NCBI GenBank assembly: GCA_024399535.1 | Contig: JAKSNU010000001.1 | Coordinates: 5,628 to 69,627 of the forward strand | Origin: Paludibacteraceae bacterium | Lineage (GTDB): Bacteria > Bacteroidota > Bacteroidia > Bacteroidales > Paludibacteraceae | Direction of reading: 5' to 3' | Length of the DNA stretch: 64,000 bases | Shown: in pieces, positions 6,898 to 15,901 of the stretch | Numbering within the stretch: position 1 is the first letter of the stretch | Layout: every line of letters starts with the position of its first letter | The notes under the pieces: generated by a model | The model's input: the letters and a program-made list of their open reading frames with translations, nothing else | The model's database searches: none | What the model was told of the DNA's origin: nothing | Program-made: the position numbers and the translations under genes

Positions 6898-9732
6898 TTA
6901 TCTATTATCAAGGAAATGAGCATTAGAAGAGGCATCAGAGCGTTTCTCGTACTTGACATCCCTCAGGATGTTGGCATTTATGCCAATGGTGACAAGGAAC
7001 GATTTGTAAAGTCCGACAGGCGAAATAGAGGCAGAGAGACGCCAGCAGTGCAAGTCGCGTTCGACAGACATGGTCATAGACGTAACTTTCTTATTCGTAA
7101 GGTCGAAATAGGCATTCATCGAGACATGCCACTTAGGCGTAGGAGTGATATTGGCAGAGAGAGACATATTGTGCGTATATCGCAATTTGTAATAGTAGTG
7201 CACAGGGTCGTAGTCCTCAGGCTTGTGCGACTCCTTATAATTAAATGTATAGGACACGGTCAACGACCAAGGGATATCGAGTTTGTCGTAGCCATCAGCG
7301 TCAGAATCCATCTTCTTTTTCTTGTCGTCGTTGCTGAACTTATGCTTAGGTTTGCCAGTGGCAGGGTCGATTTCGACATTAGGGTCCTTAGGTTTGCCGG
7401 TCGCAGGGTCGATTTCGACATCATCCTCGGCGTTAGGGTCCTTCTCCTCGACATTCTTGTCCTTAGGTTTGAAAGTATTGTTGTTGAAGGTATAGGAGAA
7501 AGTGGTACCGAAACCGGTGAAGTGCATCGGTTCCTTATGCTTCCAGTGGAGGTCGTTGGTATGGACGATAGAACCAGTTTCGGTCTTCATCCAACGATAA
7601 GGGTCGAACGAGGTGTTGAGGTTCAAGGTGAGATATTTCGACAGTTTCAAACGGAGACGTACGGAAAGGTCGTTCCAATTCATAGAATCGGCAGCGAAGT
7701 TGTAACCCCATCCGAGGCTGAAAAGGTCGATGAGACTCACCTTCTTGTAGGTCAGCTCGGTTGTATCCTTACGGTCGCGAACCTTCATCTCGATGTTATT
7801 GTCGAGCGAGAACTGCAGCGAGGAGGACATACCCTGCCCCGGCACACCGAATATGTTGCCCGAATAAGGGGAATATTTGACGGTCTGGTGGGAAATAGGC
7901 GTGCGTGAGGTCTGGTCGAGGATAAGTTTCTCATAGGAATTATACATGCCGAACTTCTCGTCACCAAAATCAGGGTGATAAACGAAAGAGATTTTAGGCG
8001 TCATCAGATGGCGGATACGATCGACATTGTCGCCGAAAAGTTTGCGGATAGGCGTCCAGAAACCATAAATCTTGGTAGAAAGCGAAGCATTGACGTTGAA
8101 GTCGTAGATGTTATAGAAACCATACGTAGTGTCAAGCACCTCCTGTTGGGCGGCAATATTCCAATCACGGTTGACCGCAGAGAAAGCCCAACGCCAATTG
8201 GCTGAAGCACCGACATTGAAATTAAGATACTTGAAGAAAGTATAGGCAGCACCGACATTGAAAGTATGTTTCACGCCATTCTTCCAGTCACGGAGGAAGT
8301 TGGAATGGAGGAAATCGCGCTCCTTGCAATCAATACGGTTGTTGGCAGTCATGTTGTAAGAGAGATATATCTTCTCGTACCAACGTTCCTTGCCGACAGG
8401 TTTCTTACGCTTGAACGGATATATCTGCGAAAGGTTGACAGTCAACGAAGGGAGAGTGAGCGATATGGTAGAATCGGCAGTACGCTGCGAGAGCGAAGCA
8501 TTCAGCGATATGCTCCATTTGCTGTCAGGGAAACGCTGGGTGTAGTTGATAGACGAACTCGTAATATTCTTAGACTGCTCGACAGGGTCGTAGTAGTTGT
8601 TGACATTAGAACGGTCGTAACCAGAGGTGGTAAAATCGACATTGGCTGAGAAGGACGAGAACTGCGAAGCCTTGGCATCCTGCTGATGACGCCACGAGAT
8701 TTTGAGGTTCTGAGCCTTCGAATAGTCAGGCATATTCTTCTCGCCGGTGACATCCTCGCGGTAGGCGATATTGATGTTGCCAGAGAACTTATAACGCAGG
8801 GCATAATTCGAGTTGAGGGTGACAGCCCAGGTGCCCTTGGTATAAAGCTCGCCCACCACCTCGATATCTACATAGTCGTTTATCGCCCAATAATAGCCAC
8901 CATTCTTGAGGAAGAGTCCACGGTCGAATTCCTCGCCGAAAGTAGGCATGATGATACCAGACGTATTTTTCTCGGTGAAAGGGAAGAAGCCGAAAGGAAT
9001 GGCTATAGGGAGAGGCACATCGCCAATGACGAAATAGGCAGGACCGGCAGCAAGGAAAGAGTTAGGTTTCATCTTAGCCTTGGTCAGCTGCATATAGAAA
9101 TGAGGATGGTCGTGGAGATCGCAAGTCGTAAGACGTCCGCCACGCATATAGGCAGTACGGTCCTCGAGCAGTTTCGTCTCGTCAGAAACCACATAAGCCT
9201 CGTCCTGCTGCGTCACCACACCACGGACGTAACCACGGCGGGTATTGAAATTATAAATCATGAACTTCGACTGATACTGGTCGTCGCCATCGTGGAAAAC
9301 AGGCAGTCCGACAGGTTCGCCGACAGAATCGACACCCCCAGTGGCATAGACAGTCGAACTATCCATCTTGATGCAGATATAATCAGCCTCAAGAGCCATA
9401 GGTTTCGGGGTAAGATAGTTCACTTTCGAGTTATGATACAGATAGCCCGTACCGTTGGCATAAAAGACTATAGAGTCCTCGGCAGAATAACGCACATCAG
9501 CCTCGATACGCGATTTCGACTCGTTAGATTGCACGGGAAGAGCAACAGAATCTGACTGCACGGAATCTCGTTTGAGCGAGTCGGCAGGGGCACTATTGAC
9601 GAAAACAGCAGTATCTGTAATGGTTTTGACAGTATCCCCAGAAGCCGACAGAGGGGCAGCCATCGCCACAGATGAGCAGCAAAAGCATGCAACGAGAACG
9701 CACACAATATGTTCTATCAGACTGTTTTTCAA
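6898..9732 (-). CDS. lptD: LptD-like LPS-assembly outer-membrane protein (Bacteroidetes long form)
   Basis: 944 aa with a signal peptide, an OstA-like N-terminal region and a long beta-barrel-like remainder rich in aromatic/Gly alternation. This is the typical neighbourhood for Bacteroidales. Confidence 0.65.
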   Translation of the reverse strand: MKNSLIEHIVCVLVACFCCSSVAMAAPLSASGDTVKTITDTAVFVNSAPADSLKRDSVQSDSVALPVQSNESKSRIEADVRYSAEDSIVFYANGTGYLYHNSKVNYLTPKPMALEADYICIKMDSSTVYATGGVDSVGEPVGLPVFHDGDDQYQSKFMIYNFNTRRGYVRGVVTQQDEAYVVSDETKLLEDRTAYMRGGRLTTCDLHDHPHFYMQLTKAKMKPNSFLAAGPAYFVIGDVPLPIAIPFGFFPFTEKNTSGIIMPTFGEEFDRGLFLKNGGYYWAINDYVDIEVVGELYTKGTWAVTLNSNYALRYKFSGNINIAYREDVTGEKNMPDYSKAQNLKISWRHQQDAKASQFSSFSANVDFTTSGYDRSNVNNYYDPVEQSKNITSSSINYTQRFPDSKWSISLNASLSQRTADSTISLTLPSLTVNLSQIYPFKRKKPVGKERWYEKIYLSYNMTANNRIDCKERDFLHSNFLRDWKNGVKHTFNVGAAYTFFKYLNFNVGASANWRWAFSAVNRDWNIAAQQEVLDTTYGFYNIYDFNVNASLSTKIYGFWTPIRKLFGDNVDRIRHLMTPKISFVYHPDFGDEKFGMYNSYEKLILDQTSRTPISHQTVKYSPYSGNIFGVPGQGMSSSLQFSLDNNIEMKVRDRKDTTELTYKKVSLIDLFSLGWGYNFAADSMNWNDLSVRLRLKLSKYLTLNLNTSFDPYRWMKTETGSIVHTNDLHWKHKEPMHFTGFGTTFSYTFNNNTFKPKDKNVEEKDPNAEDDVEIDPATGKPKDPNVEIDPATGKPKHKFSNDDKKKKMDSDADGYDKLDIPWSLTVSYTFNYKESHKPEDYDPVHYYYKLRYTHNMSLSANITPTPKWHVSMNAYFDLTNKKVTSMTMSVERDLHCWRLSASISPVGLYKSFLVTIGINANILRDVKYEKRSDASSNAHFLDNR
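7345..7428 (-). repeat. 42-bp in-frame tandem duplication inside the lptD-like gene
   Basis: cttaggtttgccagtggcagggtcgatttcgacat (7345-7379) recurs at 7387-7421 with 2 mismatches. It encodes DPNVEIDPATGKPK twice. Confidence 0.8.
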
Positions 9733-9771
9733 AGCAATAGTCCGTTATACGCCATTTTACAATACAAATTA

Positions 9772-9779
9772 CAAAGTTA
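9772..9779 (-). promoter_or_regulatory. -7 box TAACTTTG for the lptD-like gene
   Basis: The reverse complement of caaagtta lies 40 nt upstream of the start codon at 9732. Confidence 0.5.
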
Positions 9780-9871
9780 CAACTAATAATTAAGAACACA
9801 AAATAATTCGGACATATTATTGATGTGAATACTTTTTTTCTGAAAAAAGTTGCACAGACAATATTTTTGAT

Positions 9872-9879
9872 TAACTTTG
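9872..9879 (+). promoter_or_regulatory. -7 box TAACTTTG for the amidase gene
   Basis: TAnnTTTG motif 15 nt upstream of the ATG at 9894. Confidence 0.5.
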
Positions 9880-9893
9880 CAATTTGAAAAATT

Positions 9894-11075
9894 ATGCATA
9901 ATAAAATTATGAGAAGAGTTGTAGCAGCAATAATAATGGCAGCTATGGTAGCAGCAGCCGGAGCGAAAGATTTCGTAGTTGTCATTGATGCAGGACACGG
10001 AGGAAACGACCCTGGAGCAGTGGGAAACAAAGTGCTCGAAAAAGATGTGAACCTCGGGGTGGCATTAGCATTGGGGAAGGCCATTGACGACAATTTCGAC
10101 GACGTGAAGGTGGTCTATACACGCACGACAGACGTGTTCGTCACATTGCAGGGACGTCCGGCAATAGCCAACAAGGCGAACGGCGACCTGTTCATATCAA
10201 TACACACCAACGCATGCGAATCAAAAGCCGCATTCGGGACAGAGACCTTCACGCTCGGTTTGGCAAAAACAAATGCCAATTTCGACGTGGCAAAGAGAGA
10301 GAACTCGGTGATGCTGCTCGAAAACGACAAGGAAGTTTATAAAGGTTTCGACCCTACATCGCCTGACTCGTACATCATGTTTGAAGTGATGCAAAGCACT
10401 TACGTAGATCAATCAATAATGATGGCAGATCTGGTCGAGAAAGAGTTCACTGCCATGAAAAGATACGACAGAGGAGTGAGACAAGCAGGTTTCTGGGTGC
10501 TGCACCAAGTGAAAATGCCAAGCGTACTCATAGAGGTGGGATTTGTGACCAACCCGACAGAAGAGACATACATTGGCAACAAAGACAACCAAAAAGCCTT
10601 GGCAAACGGAATATACCGCGCATTCGCGAAATACAAACACGAATACGACAAGAGAATGAAAAAAGAGTCAAGCAAAGAGAATAACGAACAAACCAAGAAG
10701 GAAGAAACGACTAAGAAAGAAGAACCCGTGAAGAAAGAGGAGCCTACGAAGAAGGAAGAGCCTACGAAGAAGGAAGAGCCTGTGAAGAAGGAGGAGCCTA
10801 CGAAGAAAGAAGAGGCGACACAAACAAATGGGACAATATACAGCGTGCAGTGCTTCGCCATCGGCAACAAATTGAACGACACAGACCAGCACGTGAAAAA
10901 CATCAAGAAATTCGGAACATACAAATGCACAAAAGAAGGCAAATACTATAAATACTTTTGCGGAGACTGCAAGACCTACGAAGAGGCAAGAGCTCTGCTC
11001 AAGAAGGTACAGACAATATATAAAGACGCATTCATCGTAATGTTCACTGATGAAGGCAAAAAAACAGTAAAATAA
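9894..11075 (+). CDS. N-acetylmuramoyl-L-alanine amidase with a repetitive linker and SPOR-like C-terminal domain
   Basis: 393 aa. VVIDAGHGGNDPGAVG and FISIHTNA are Amidase_3 motifs. A KKEEP linker is followed by the C-terminal YSVQCFAIGN...YKYFCGDCKTYEEA, which is SPOR-like. Confidence 0.85.
   Translation: MHNKIMRRVVAAIIMAAMVAAAGAKDFVVVIDAGHGGNDPGAVGNKVLEKDVNLGVALALGKAIDDNFDDVKVVYTRTTDVFVTLQGRPAIANKANGDLFISIHTNACESKAAFGTETFTLGLAKTNANFDVAKRENSVMLLENDKEVYKGFDPTSPDSYIMFEVMQSTYVDQSIMMADLVEKEFTAMKRYDRGVRQAGFWVLHQVKMPSVLIEVGFVTNPTEETYIGNKDNQKALANGIYRAFAKYKHEYDKRMKKESSKENNEQTKKEETTKKEEPVKKEEPTKKEEPTKKEEPVKKEEPTKKEEATQTNGTIYSVQCFAIGNKLNDTDQHVKNIKKFGTYKCTKEGKYYKYFCGDCKTYEEARALLKKVQTIYKDAFIVMFTDEGKKTVK
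10692..10818 (+). repeat. ~7 tandem 18-bp units encoding (T/V)KKEEP in the amidase linker
   Basis: TKKEETTKKEEPVKKEEPTKKEEPTKKEEPVKKEEPTKKEEA; the DNA-level periodicity is visible. Confidence 0.8.
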
Positions 11076-11083
11076 TATTCGAT

Positions 11084-11986
11084 ATGAAACACAGCAAAGA
11101 ATTGAAAATAGGAGTAGCATTCGTTTTGGCACTCGCATTATTAGTTTACGGCATAAACTTCCTGAAAGGAATCAACCTGTTCTCGCCTACCAACACATAC
11201 TATCTCGTATATGACAACCTGGACGGATTGGTGATATCCAACGGCGTATATATAAAAGGATACAAAGTAGGGCAGGTCAAAGACATCAGATACGACTTCA
11301 AAAAAGAACACCCATTCATAGTCGAGATTATCATCAACGACGATATCGAGGTGCCAAACGGAAGTGTGGCAAACCTATACGACGCAAGTATGCTCGGAGG
11401 TAAAGGCATAAACCTCGTTTTAGGCGCAGAGAGCAACCATTACGCCTCAGGCGACACTCTGCCCACCGACATCGAAAAGGGTCTCGTAGGAGCCCTCGCA
11501 GAAGTCGTTCCGACACTACAGACCACAATAGGACATGTAGATTCGGCAGTAGTATCAGTCAACTCGCTGCTGAACTCAGACGAAATAGCACATAGCTTAG
11601 AGAATTTAGAGGCTGTCACAAGCGATTTGAAGAGCACTTCAAAGAGATTGGACTATATGATGAACGTCGAAATTCCACCTGTCATCAGCAAGGCTGACAA
11701 AACGCTCGCAAACATCAACAGCATTTCCGAGCAACTCAACGAGGCAGACTATAAACGCATCATGTCAGGAATAGATACAGCCATCCAAAACGTACAGGGA
11801 ATTGCAAGCAAATTCAACTCGCCGGAAGGCACAATCGGACAATTATTGACGAATCACTCGCTTTACGACAGTATAAACACCACAATCGGGAGTGTCAACG
11901 CACTGGTCATAGATTTGAAAGCAAACCCTAAGAAATACGTACATTTCTCGCTATTCGGAGGGTCAGAAAAGAAGAATAAGAAATGA
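11084..11986 (+). CDS. MlaD/MCE family protein
   Basis: 300 aa with an N-terminal TM (IGVAFVLALALLVYGINFL), an MCE domain (YKVGQVKDI) and a helical C-terminal region. Confidence 0.75.
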   Translation: MKHSKELKIGVAFVLALALLVYGINFLKGINLFSPTNTYYLVYDNLDGLVISNGVYIKGYKVGQVKDIRYDFKKEHPFIVEIIINDDIEVPNGSVANLYDASMLGGKGINLVLGAESNHYASGDTLPTDIEKGLVGALAEVVPTLQTTIGHVDSAVVSVNSLLNSDEIAHSLENLEAVTSDLKSTSKRLDYMMNVEIPPVISKADKTLANINSISEQLNEADYKRIMSGIDTAIQNVQGIASKFNSPEGTIGQLLTNHSLYDSINTTIGSVNALVIDLKANPKKYVHFSLFGGSEKKNKK

Positions 11987-12176
11987 TGCGAATAAATCTC
12001 AATAGATAAAAAAGCAAAAAAAATATAGTAGTTGATTTTCAAATTTTTTGGTAAGGAGCGACCGTAAAACAGGGATAAAACATAGCTAAAAATCAACAAA
12101 TTACAAAAAAACGACATAGAGAATAAGCAATTAAGGAAAGATAGCAATAAACACTATTTGAAAATAAGCAAATTAT

Positions 12177-12218
12177 AAATTTCGCAACAAAAAATGACGG
12201 TTTTCTGTTGCGAAATTT
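12177..12218. promoter_or_regulatory. Perfect 12-bp inverted repeat (AAATTTCGCAAC-18 nt-GTTGCGAAATTT) abutting the dnaA promoter
   Basis: The arms are 12177-12188 and 12207-12218. The right arm ends 6 nt before the -7 box and is followed by TTTTGTTTG. It could be an operator or a terminator. Confidence 0.4.
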
Positions 12219-12224
12219 TGTTTG

Positions 12225-12232
12225 TACCTTTG
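12225..12232 (+). promoter_or_regulatory. -7 box TACCTTTG for dnaA
   Basis: TAnnTTTG followed by CAG, as in other promoters here. It lies inside the ORF-track version of dnaA, so the TTG start at 12208 is unlikely. Confidence 0.5.
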
Positions 12233-12255
12233 CAGTCGCAAAACAAGAGAAAAAA

Positions 12256-13659
12256 GTGGAAAGACATCAACAACTTTGGAACGAATGTCTGTCAATAATA
12301 AAAGACAACATCAGCGAGGACCATTACAAAACATGGTTCATGCCAATCGTGCCAGTGAAATTCGATGGAAAGGATTTACTATTGCAGGTGCCATCACAAT
12401 TTTTCTATGAATATATAGAGGAATGTTTCGCTGACCTTATACGAAAATCCATTGAAAAAGTCATAGGGCCAAACATCAGGTTGCTCTACAAAATAACTAT
12501 TGTCAAGAACTATCACAACAACGGAGGCGACATCACAATGCCGACGACGGTAAGAAAGACAATAGAAGACACACCACAGGGAATCACCCTGACAGATGCC
12601 ACGAAAGAGGCTGAGGAACTCACAGACTTCGATTGCCACCTCAACCCTAAATACACATTCGAGAATTTCATACAAGGAGACAGCAACAAACTCGCACGTT
12701 GCGCAGGACTGAATATTGCCGCACACCCAGGCGAATCTGTGTTCAATCCCATATTCATCTATGGAGCTCCAGCTGTCGGCAAGACACACTTGGCAAATGC
12801 CATCGGTATAGCCATAAAACAAAGATACGCCCGCAAACGCGTCATATATGTGTCGGCACACCTATTCCAAGTGCAATTCCAGGATGCAAGAATCAACAAC
12901 AAGATAAACGACTTCATCAACTTCTACCAAAGCGTTGATGTGCTCATCCTGGACGACATACAGGAATTCATAGGCAAACAAGGGACACAAAACACATTCT
13001 TCCATATACTCAACCATCTGTTGCTCATAGGCAAACAGATAATCATCTGTTGCGACAAGAAACCAGGGGAACTCGAAGGAATGGAAGAAAGACTCGTCAC
13101 CCGTTTCAAGATGGGACTGTCAGTGGAAATAGAAAGACCGAACTTCGAACTCAGAAAGGAAATCCTGAACCACAAAATATGTAATGACGGACTGAGCATC
13201 GACGATGAAGTGGTCAACTACGTAGCGCGTAACGTCACAACAAACGTCAGGGAACTCGAAGGAACATTAGCATCAATATTGGCACACTCGACATTCCTCA
13301 ACGCTGACATCAATATAGAATTGGCTGAGAAAATCATTGGCAAGACCGTAGAATCAAAGCCGATGGACTCAGAGTCGCAAATTGAAAGATTGTACAACAT
13401 CGTCGGTGAAGCCTACGGATTCACAAAAGAAGATATATGTTCGAGACGCAGCAACCGTAAACTTTCAGAAGCAAGACAGATGATAATGTATCTCGCCAAT
13501 TCGACAGCAAACATATCAATGACCAGAATAGGCAGCCTCATAGGCAACAGAGACCATACCACAGTCATATACGCTTGCAAATGTATTAAAAACCAAATGG
13601 ATGTAAATCCTGCATTCAGCGAGACAGTGAGGAAATTCGAAAGACAGGTAAGCGAATAA
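12256..13659 (+). CDS. dnaA: Chromosomal replication initiator DnaA
   Basis: Walker A GAPAVGKTHL, LILDDIQ, box VII RELEG, and the C-terminal DNA-binding region RDHTTVIYA. The ORF track starts at TTG 12208. I prefer GVG 12256 (VERHQQLWNECL) because the promoter box lies at 12225-12232. Confidence 0.9.
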   Translation: MERHQQLWNECLSIIKDNISEDHYKTWFMPIVPVKFDGKDLLLQVPSQFFYEYIEECFADLIRKSIEKVIGPNIRLLYKITIVKNYHNNGGDITMPTTVRKTIEDTPQGITLTDATKEAEELTDFDCHLNPKYTFENFIQGDSNKLARCAGLNIAAHPGESVFNPIFIYGAPAVGKTHLANAIGIAIKQRYARKRVIYVSAHLFQVQFQDARINNKINDFINFYQSVDVLILDDIQEFIGKQGTQNTFFHILNHLLLIGKQIIICCDKKPGELEGMEERLVTRFKMGLSVEIERPNFELRKEILNHKICNDGLSIDDEVVNYVARNVTTNVRELEGTLASILAHSTFLNADINIELAEKIIGKTVESKPMDSESQIERLYNIVGEAYGFTKEDICSRRSNRKLSEARQMIMYLANSTANISMTRIGSLIGNRDHTTVIYACKCIKNQMDVNPAFSETVRKFERQVSE

Positions 13660-13687
13660 ATTTTTCAAAATTGATACTATTATTTGG

Positions 13688-13728
13688 CTGCACATATTCG
13701 AGAAATTGAGTGTGTGCAGATTTTTTTT
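13688..13728 (+). terminator. dnaA terminator
   Basis: CTGCACA (13688-13694) / TGTGCAG (13713-13719) followed by T8 (13721-13728). Confidence 0.6.
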
Positions 13729-13760
13729 GAAAAAAAGCATTTTATATCAAATATTTATTG

Positions 13761-13768
13761 TAAATTTG
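13761..13768 (+). promoter_or_regulatory. -7 box TAAATTTG
   Basis: TAnnTTTG 24 nt upstream of the ATG at 13792. Confidence 0.45.
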
Positions 13769-13791
13769 CAAGATTAAATAATAGTGATAAT

Positions 13792-14337
13792 ATGATATAT
13801 AGAATCGGACTACTATCGAACGAAGTTGATGACTTCAAGATGGAAATAGAGGCTGAACCAACAACAACATTCAAAGAGTTGAATGACTTAATTATCAATA
13901 AATTGAAGTATTCAACCAATGAAATCACATCATTTTTCAGCTGCGACGACGAATGGGAACGTTATCAAGAAATCACACTCATCGAGATGGATAGCAGCTC
14001 AGACGTGGACACTTATATTATGGAAAATACGACTCTCGAAGAGTTCATGCAGGACGAAGGCGACCGGATGCTATTCATCTTCGACACACTCAACGACAGA
14101 GGGTTCTATATGTCGCTCCGCGAAATAAAGAGCGGCACGCTGAAAAAAGCAAAATGCACCAAGCTTTCGGGCAGGATACCAAAGCAGATAATCATGGAAG
14201 ACCTGTTCAACATTGATACAAAGAAAAACGGCAGGAGTATTCTCGATGACGACATGTACGGTGATGACGGATACAACGAAGACGAACTTGACATGGAGGG
14301 ATACTCTGAGGTTGACATGAGCGAGATAGACATCTGA
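13792..14337 (+). CDS. Conserved hypothetical protein with an acidic C-terminus (possibly pRiA4b ORF3/MM3350-like fold)
   Basis: The ORF-track entry 13684..14337 overlaps the terminator and promoter, so the ATG at 13792 (MIYRIGLLSNEVDDF) is the plausible start. The family assignment is from memory only. Confidence 0.45.
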   Translation: MIYRIGLLSNEVDDFKMEIEAEPTTTFKELNDLIINKLKYSTNEITSFFSCDDEWERYQEITLIEMDSSSDVDTYIMENTTLEEFMQDEGDRMLFIFDTLNDRGFYMSLREIKSGTLKKAKCTKLSGRIPKQIIMEDLFNIDTKKNGRSILDDDMYGDDGYNEDELDMEGYSEVDMSEIDI

Positions 14338-14342
14338 TACAC

Positions 14343-15197
14343 GTGGGAATACTGCACGTCATATTAGGTCCTACCGGAGCAGGCAAAAGCGAATACGCCA
14401 TGGCTGTCGCCAGGGAGTTCGGATGTGGGATAATATCAGCCGATTCAAGGCAAATATACAGAGAGATACCCATTGGGACAGCTGCCCCGACAAAAGAAAT
14501 GATGCAAGAAATCAAACATTGGTTCGTCGGGACAAAAAGCATCAGAGAACACTACAGCGCAGGACAATTCGAAATTGACGCATTGCCAATTATCGAAAAT
14601 GAAATAAATGAACATGGACATGCAGTGATGTGCGGAGGTTCAATGATGTACATCGACGCAATATGCAACGGTATAGATGACATCCCGGACATAAGCGACG
14701 ACATTAGGGAAAGAGTCAGCAAAATGTTCCAAGAAGAGGGATTGGAAACTATGAAGGAACGTCTGAAGGCATTAGACCCTGAATATTACAAAACAGTTGA
14801 CCTCAGAAATTGGAAAAGAGTCGTTCATGCAGTAGAAATATGCGAACAGACAGGCGGAACCTTCACAGAGCTGAGAAAAGGGAAAAAGAAAACAAGAAAC
14901 TTCGAGATAGAAAAGCGGGGAATATACCGAGAACGTGAAGATCTGTTCAAACGGATAAACCTGAGAGTCGAGGAAATGATGGACCAAGGACTCGAAAATG
15001 AGGCAAGGACAGTCCATCCGCTGAAAGGACTCAATGCACTGAACACAGTAGGATACAAAGAATTGTTCGGCTATTTCGAAGGACAATACGATATCAAGGA
15101 AGCCATACGGCTCGTACAGCGCAACACACGCCATTATGCCCGCAAACAGATGACATGGTTCAACAGGGATGGCGAAATAGAATGGATTGATTTATGA
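14343..15197 (+). CDS. miaA: tRNA dimethylallyltransferase
   Basis: GPTGAGKS P-loop, SADSRQIYREIPIGTAAP, YAKRQMTWF-like C-terminus. Confidence 0.9.
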   Translation: MGILHVILGPTGAGKSEYAMAVAREFGCGIISADSRQIYREIPIGTAAPTKEMMQEIKHWFVGTKSIREHYSAGQFEIDALPIIENEINEHGHAVMCGGSMMYIDAICNGIDDIPDISDDIRERVSKMFQEEGLETMKERLKALDPEYYKTVDLRNWKRVVHAVEICEQTGGTFTELRKGKKKTRNFEIEKRGIYREREDLFKRINLRVEEMMDQGLENEARTVHPLKGLNALNTVGYKELFGYFEGQYDIKEAIRLVQRNTRHYARKQMTWFNRDGEIEWIDL

Positions 15198-15901
15198 CAG
15201 TAATAGACATTATACAGGAATTTCTGAAAGCCACAATAGTGGGCATCTGTGTCTCGGCTCCTGTCGGGCCTTTAGGTGTCCTCTGCATACAGCGCACCAT
15301 CAACAAAGGCAAATGGCATGGTGTCGTGACAGGACTTGGGGCTACTACTTCCGACATAATATACGCATTCCTCGTGGGATTCAGTATGAACATAATCGTT
15401 GACTTCATCTCTGCCCACCAATACGTGATACAGCTTATCGGCGCTATTGTCATTGGCTTCTTCGGACTTCACATCTACCGCACTAAACCAAAAGAGATGG
15501 AAATAATCCGCAAGCGCAAACAGGAAGGAGAACTCCGTGTAGAGGGAAGCATGGCAAAGAACCCTACACTCTACGAGGCTATCCTGAAGAACGACTATTT
15601 CCATGATTACATTTCAGCTTTTGGCCTCTGCTTCAGCAATCCCCTGATTATATTCCTGTTCATTGGTCTTTTTGCACAGTTTCACATGTTCGGCACAGAG
15701 AGTGTGACTCTCAACATGTCGTGCATATTCTTCATAATTGTCGGAGCTTTTCTATGGTGGATGACACTGACGTACATCGTCTGCAAGTTCCGCAAGAATT
15801 TCAAGGAGAAAGGAATAATTATCCTCAACCATATTACAGGTGGCATACTTGTCATAGCTGCCATTGCGACAGCCGTTAACGCGATAATAATGCTTATATG
15901 A
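15194..15901 (+). CDS. LysE/RhtB family amino-acid exporter-like membrane protein
   Basis: 235 aa, multi-TM, with an N-terminal SAPVGPLGVLCIQRT motif region. 4-nt overlaps with both neighbours. Confidence 0.6.
   Translation: MTVIDIIQEFLKATIVGICVSAPVGPLGVLCIQRTINKGKWHGVVTGLGATTSDIIYAFLVGFSMNIIVDFISAHQYVIQLIGAIVIGFFGLHIYRTKPKEMEIIRKRKQEGELRVEGSMAKNPTLYEAILKNDYFHDYISAFGLCFSNPLIIFLFIGLFAQFHMFGTESVTLNMSCIFFIIVGAFLWWMTLTYIVCKFRKNFKEKGIIILNHITGGILVIAAIATAVNAIIMLI

Noticed and set aside
6796-7908. 370-aa plus-strand ORF (also 8686..9555, 289 aa) antisense to the lptD-like gene
   Set aside because: It is low-complexity and R/V/D-rich, mirrors the well-supported minus-strand gene, and has no promoter box or independent motif. 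It is a typical shadow ORF.
9593-10093. 166-aa minus-strand ORF spanning the lptD/amidase divergent promoter region
   Set aside because: It crosses two promoter boxes and the starts of both real genes, and its composition is low-complexity (C/I/F-rich). It is spurious.
11987-12255. oriC / DnaA-box cluster upstream of dnaA (and at 13660-13791 downstream)
   Set aside because: The region is A/T-rich, but I could not find TTATCCACA/TGTGGATAA-like 9-mers with 1 mismatch or fewer. oriC is not callable from this window.
12208-12255. TTG start for dnaA as given in the ORF track
   Set aside because: The -7 promoter box (12225-12232) lies downstream of it. GTG 12256 gives an N-terminus (ERHQQLWNECL) that fits DnaA.
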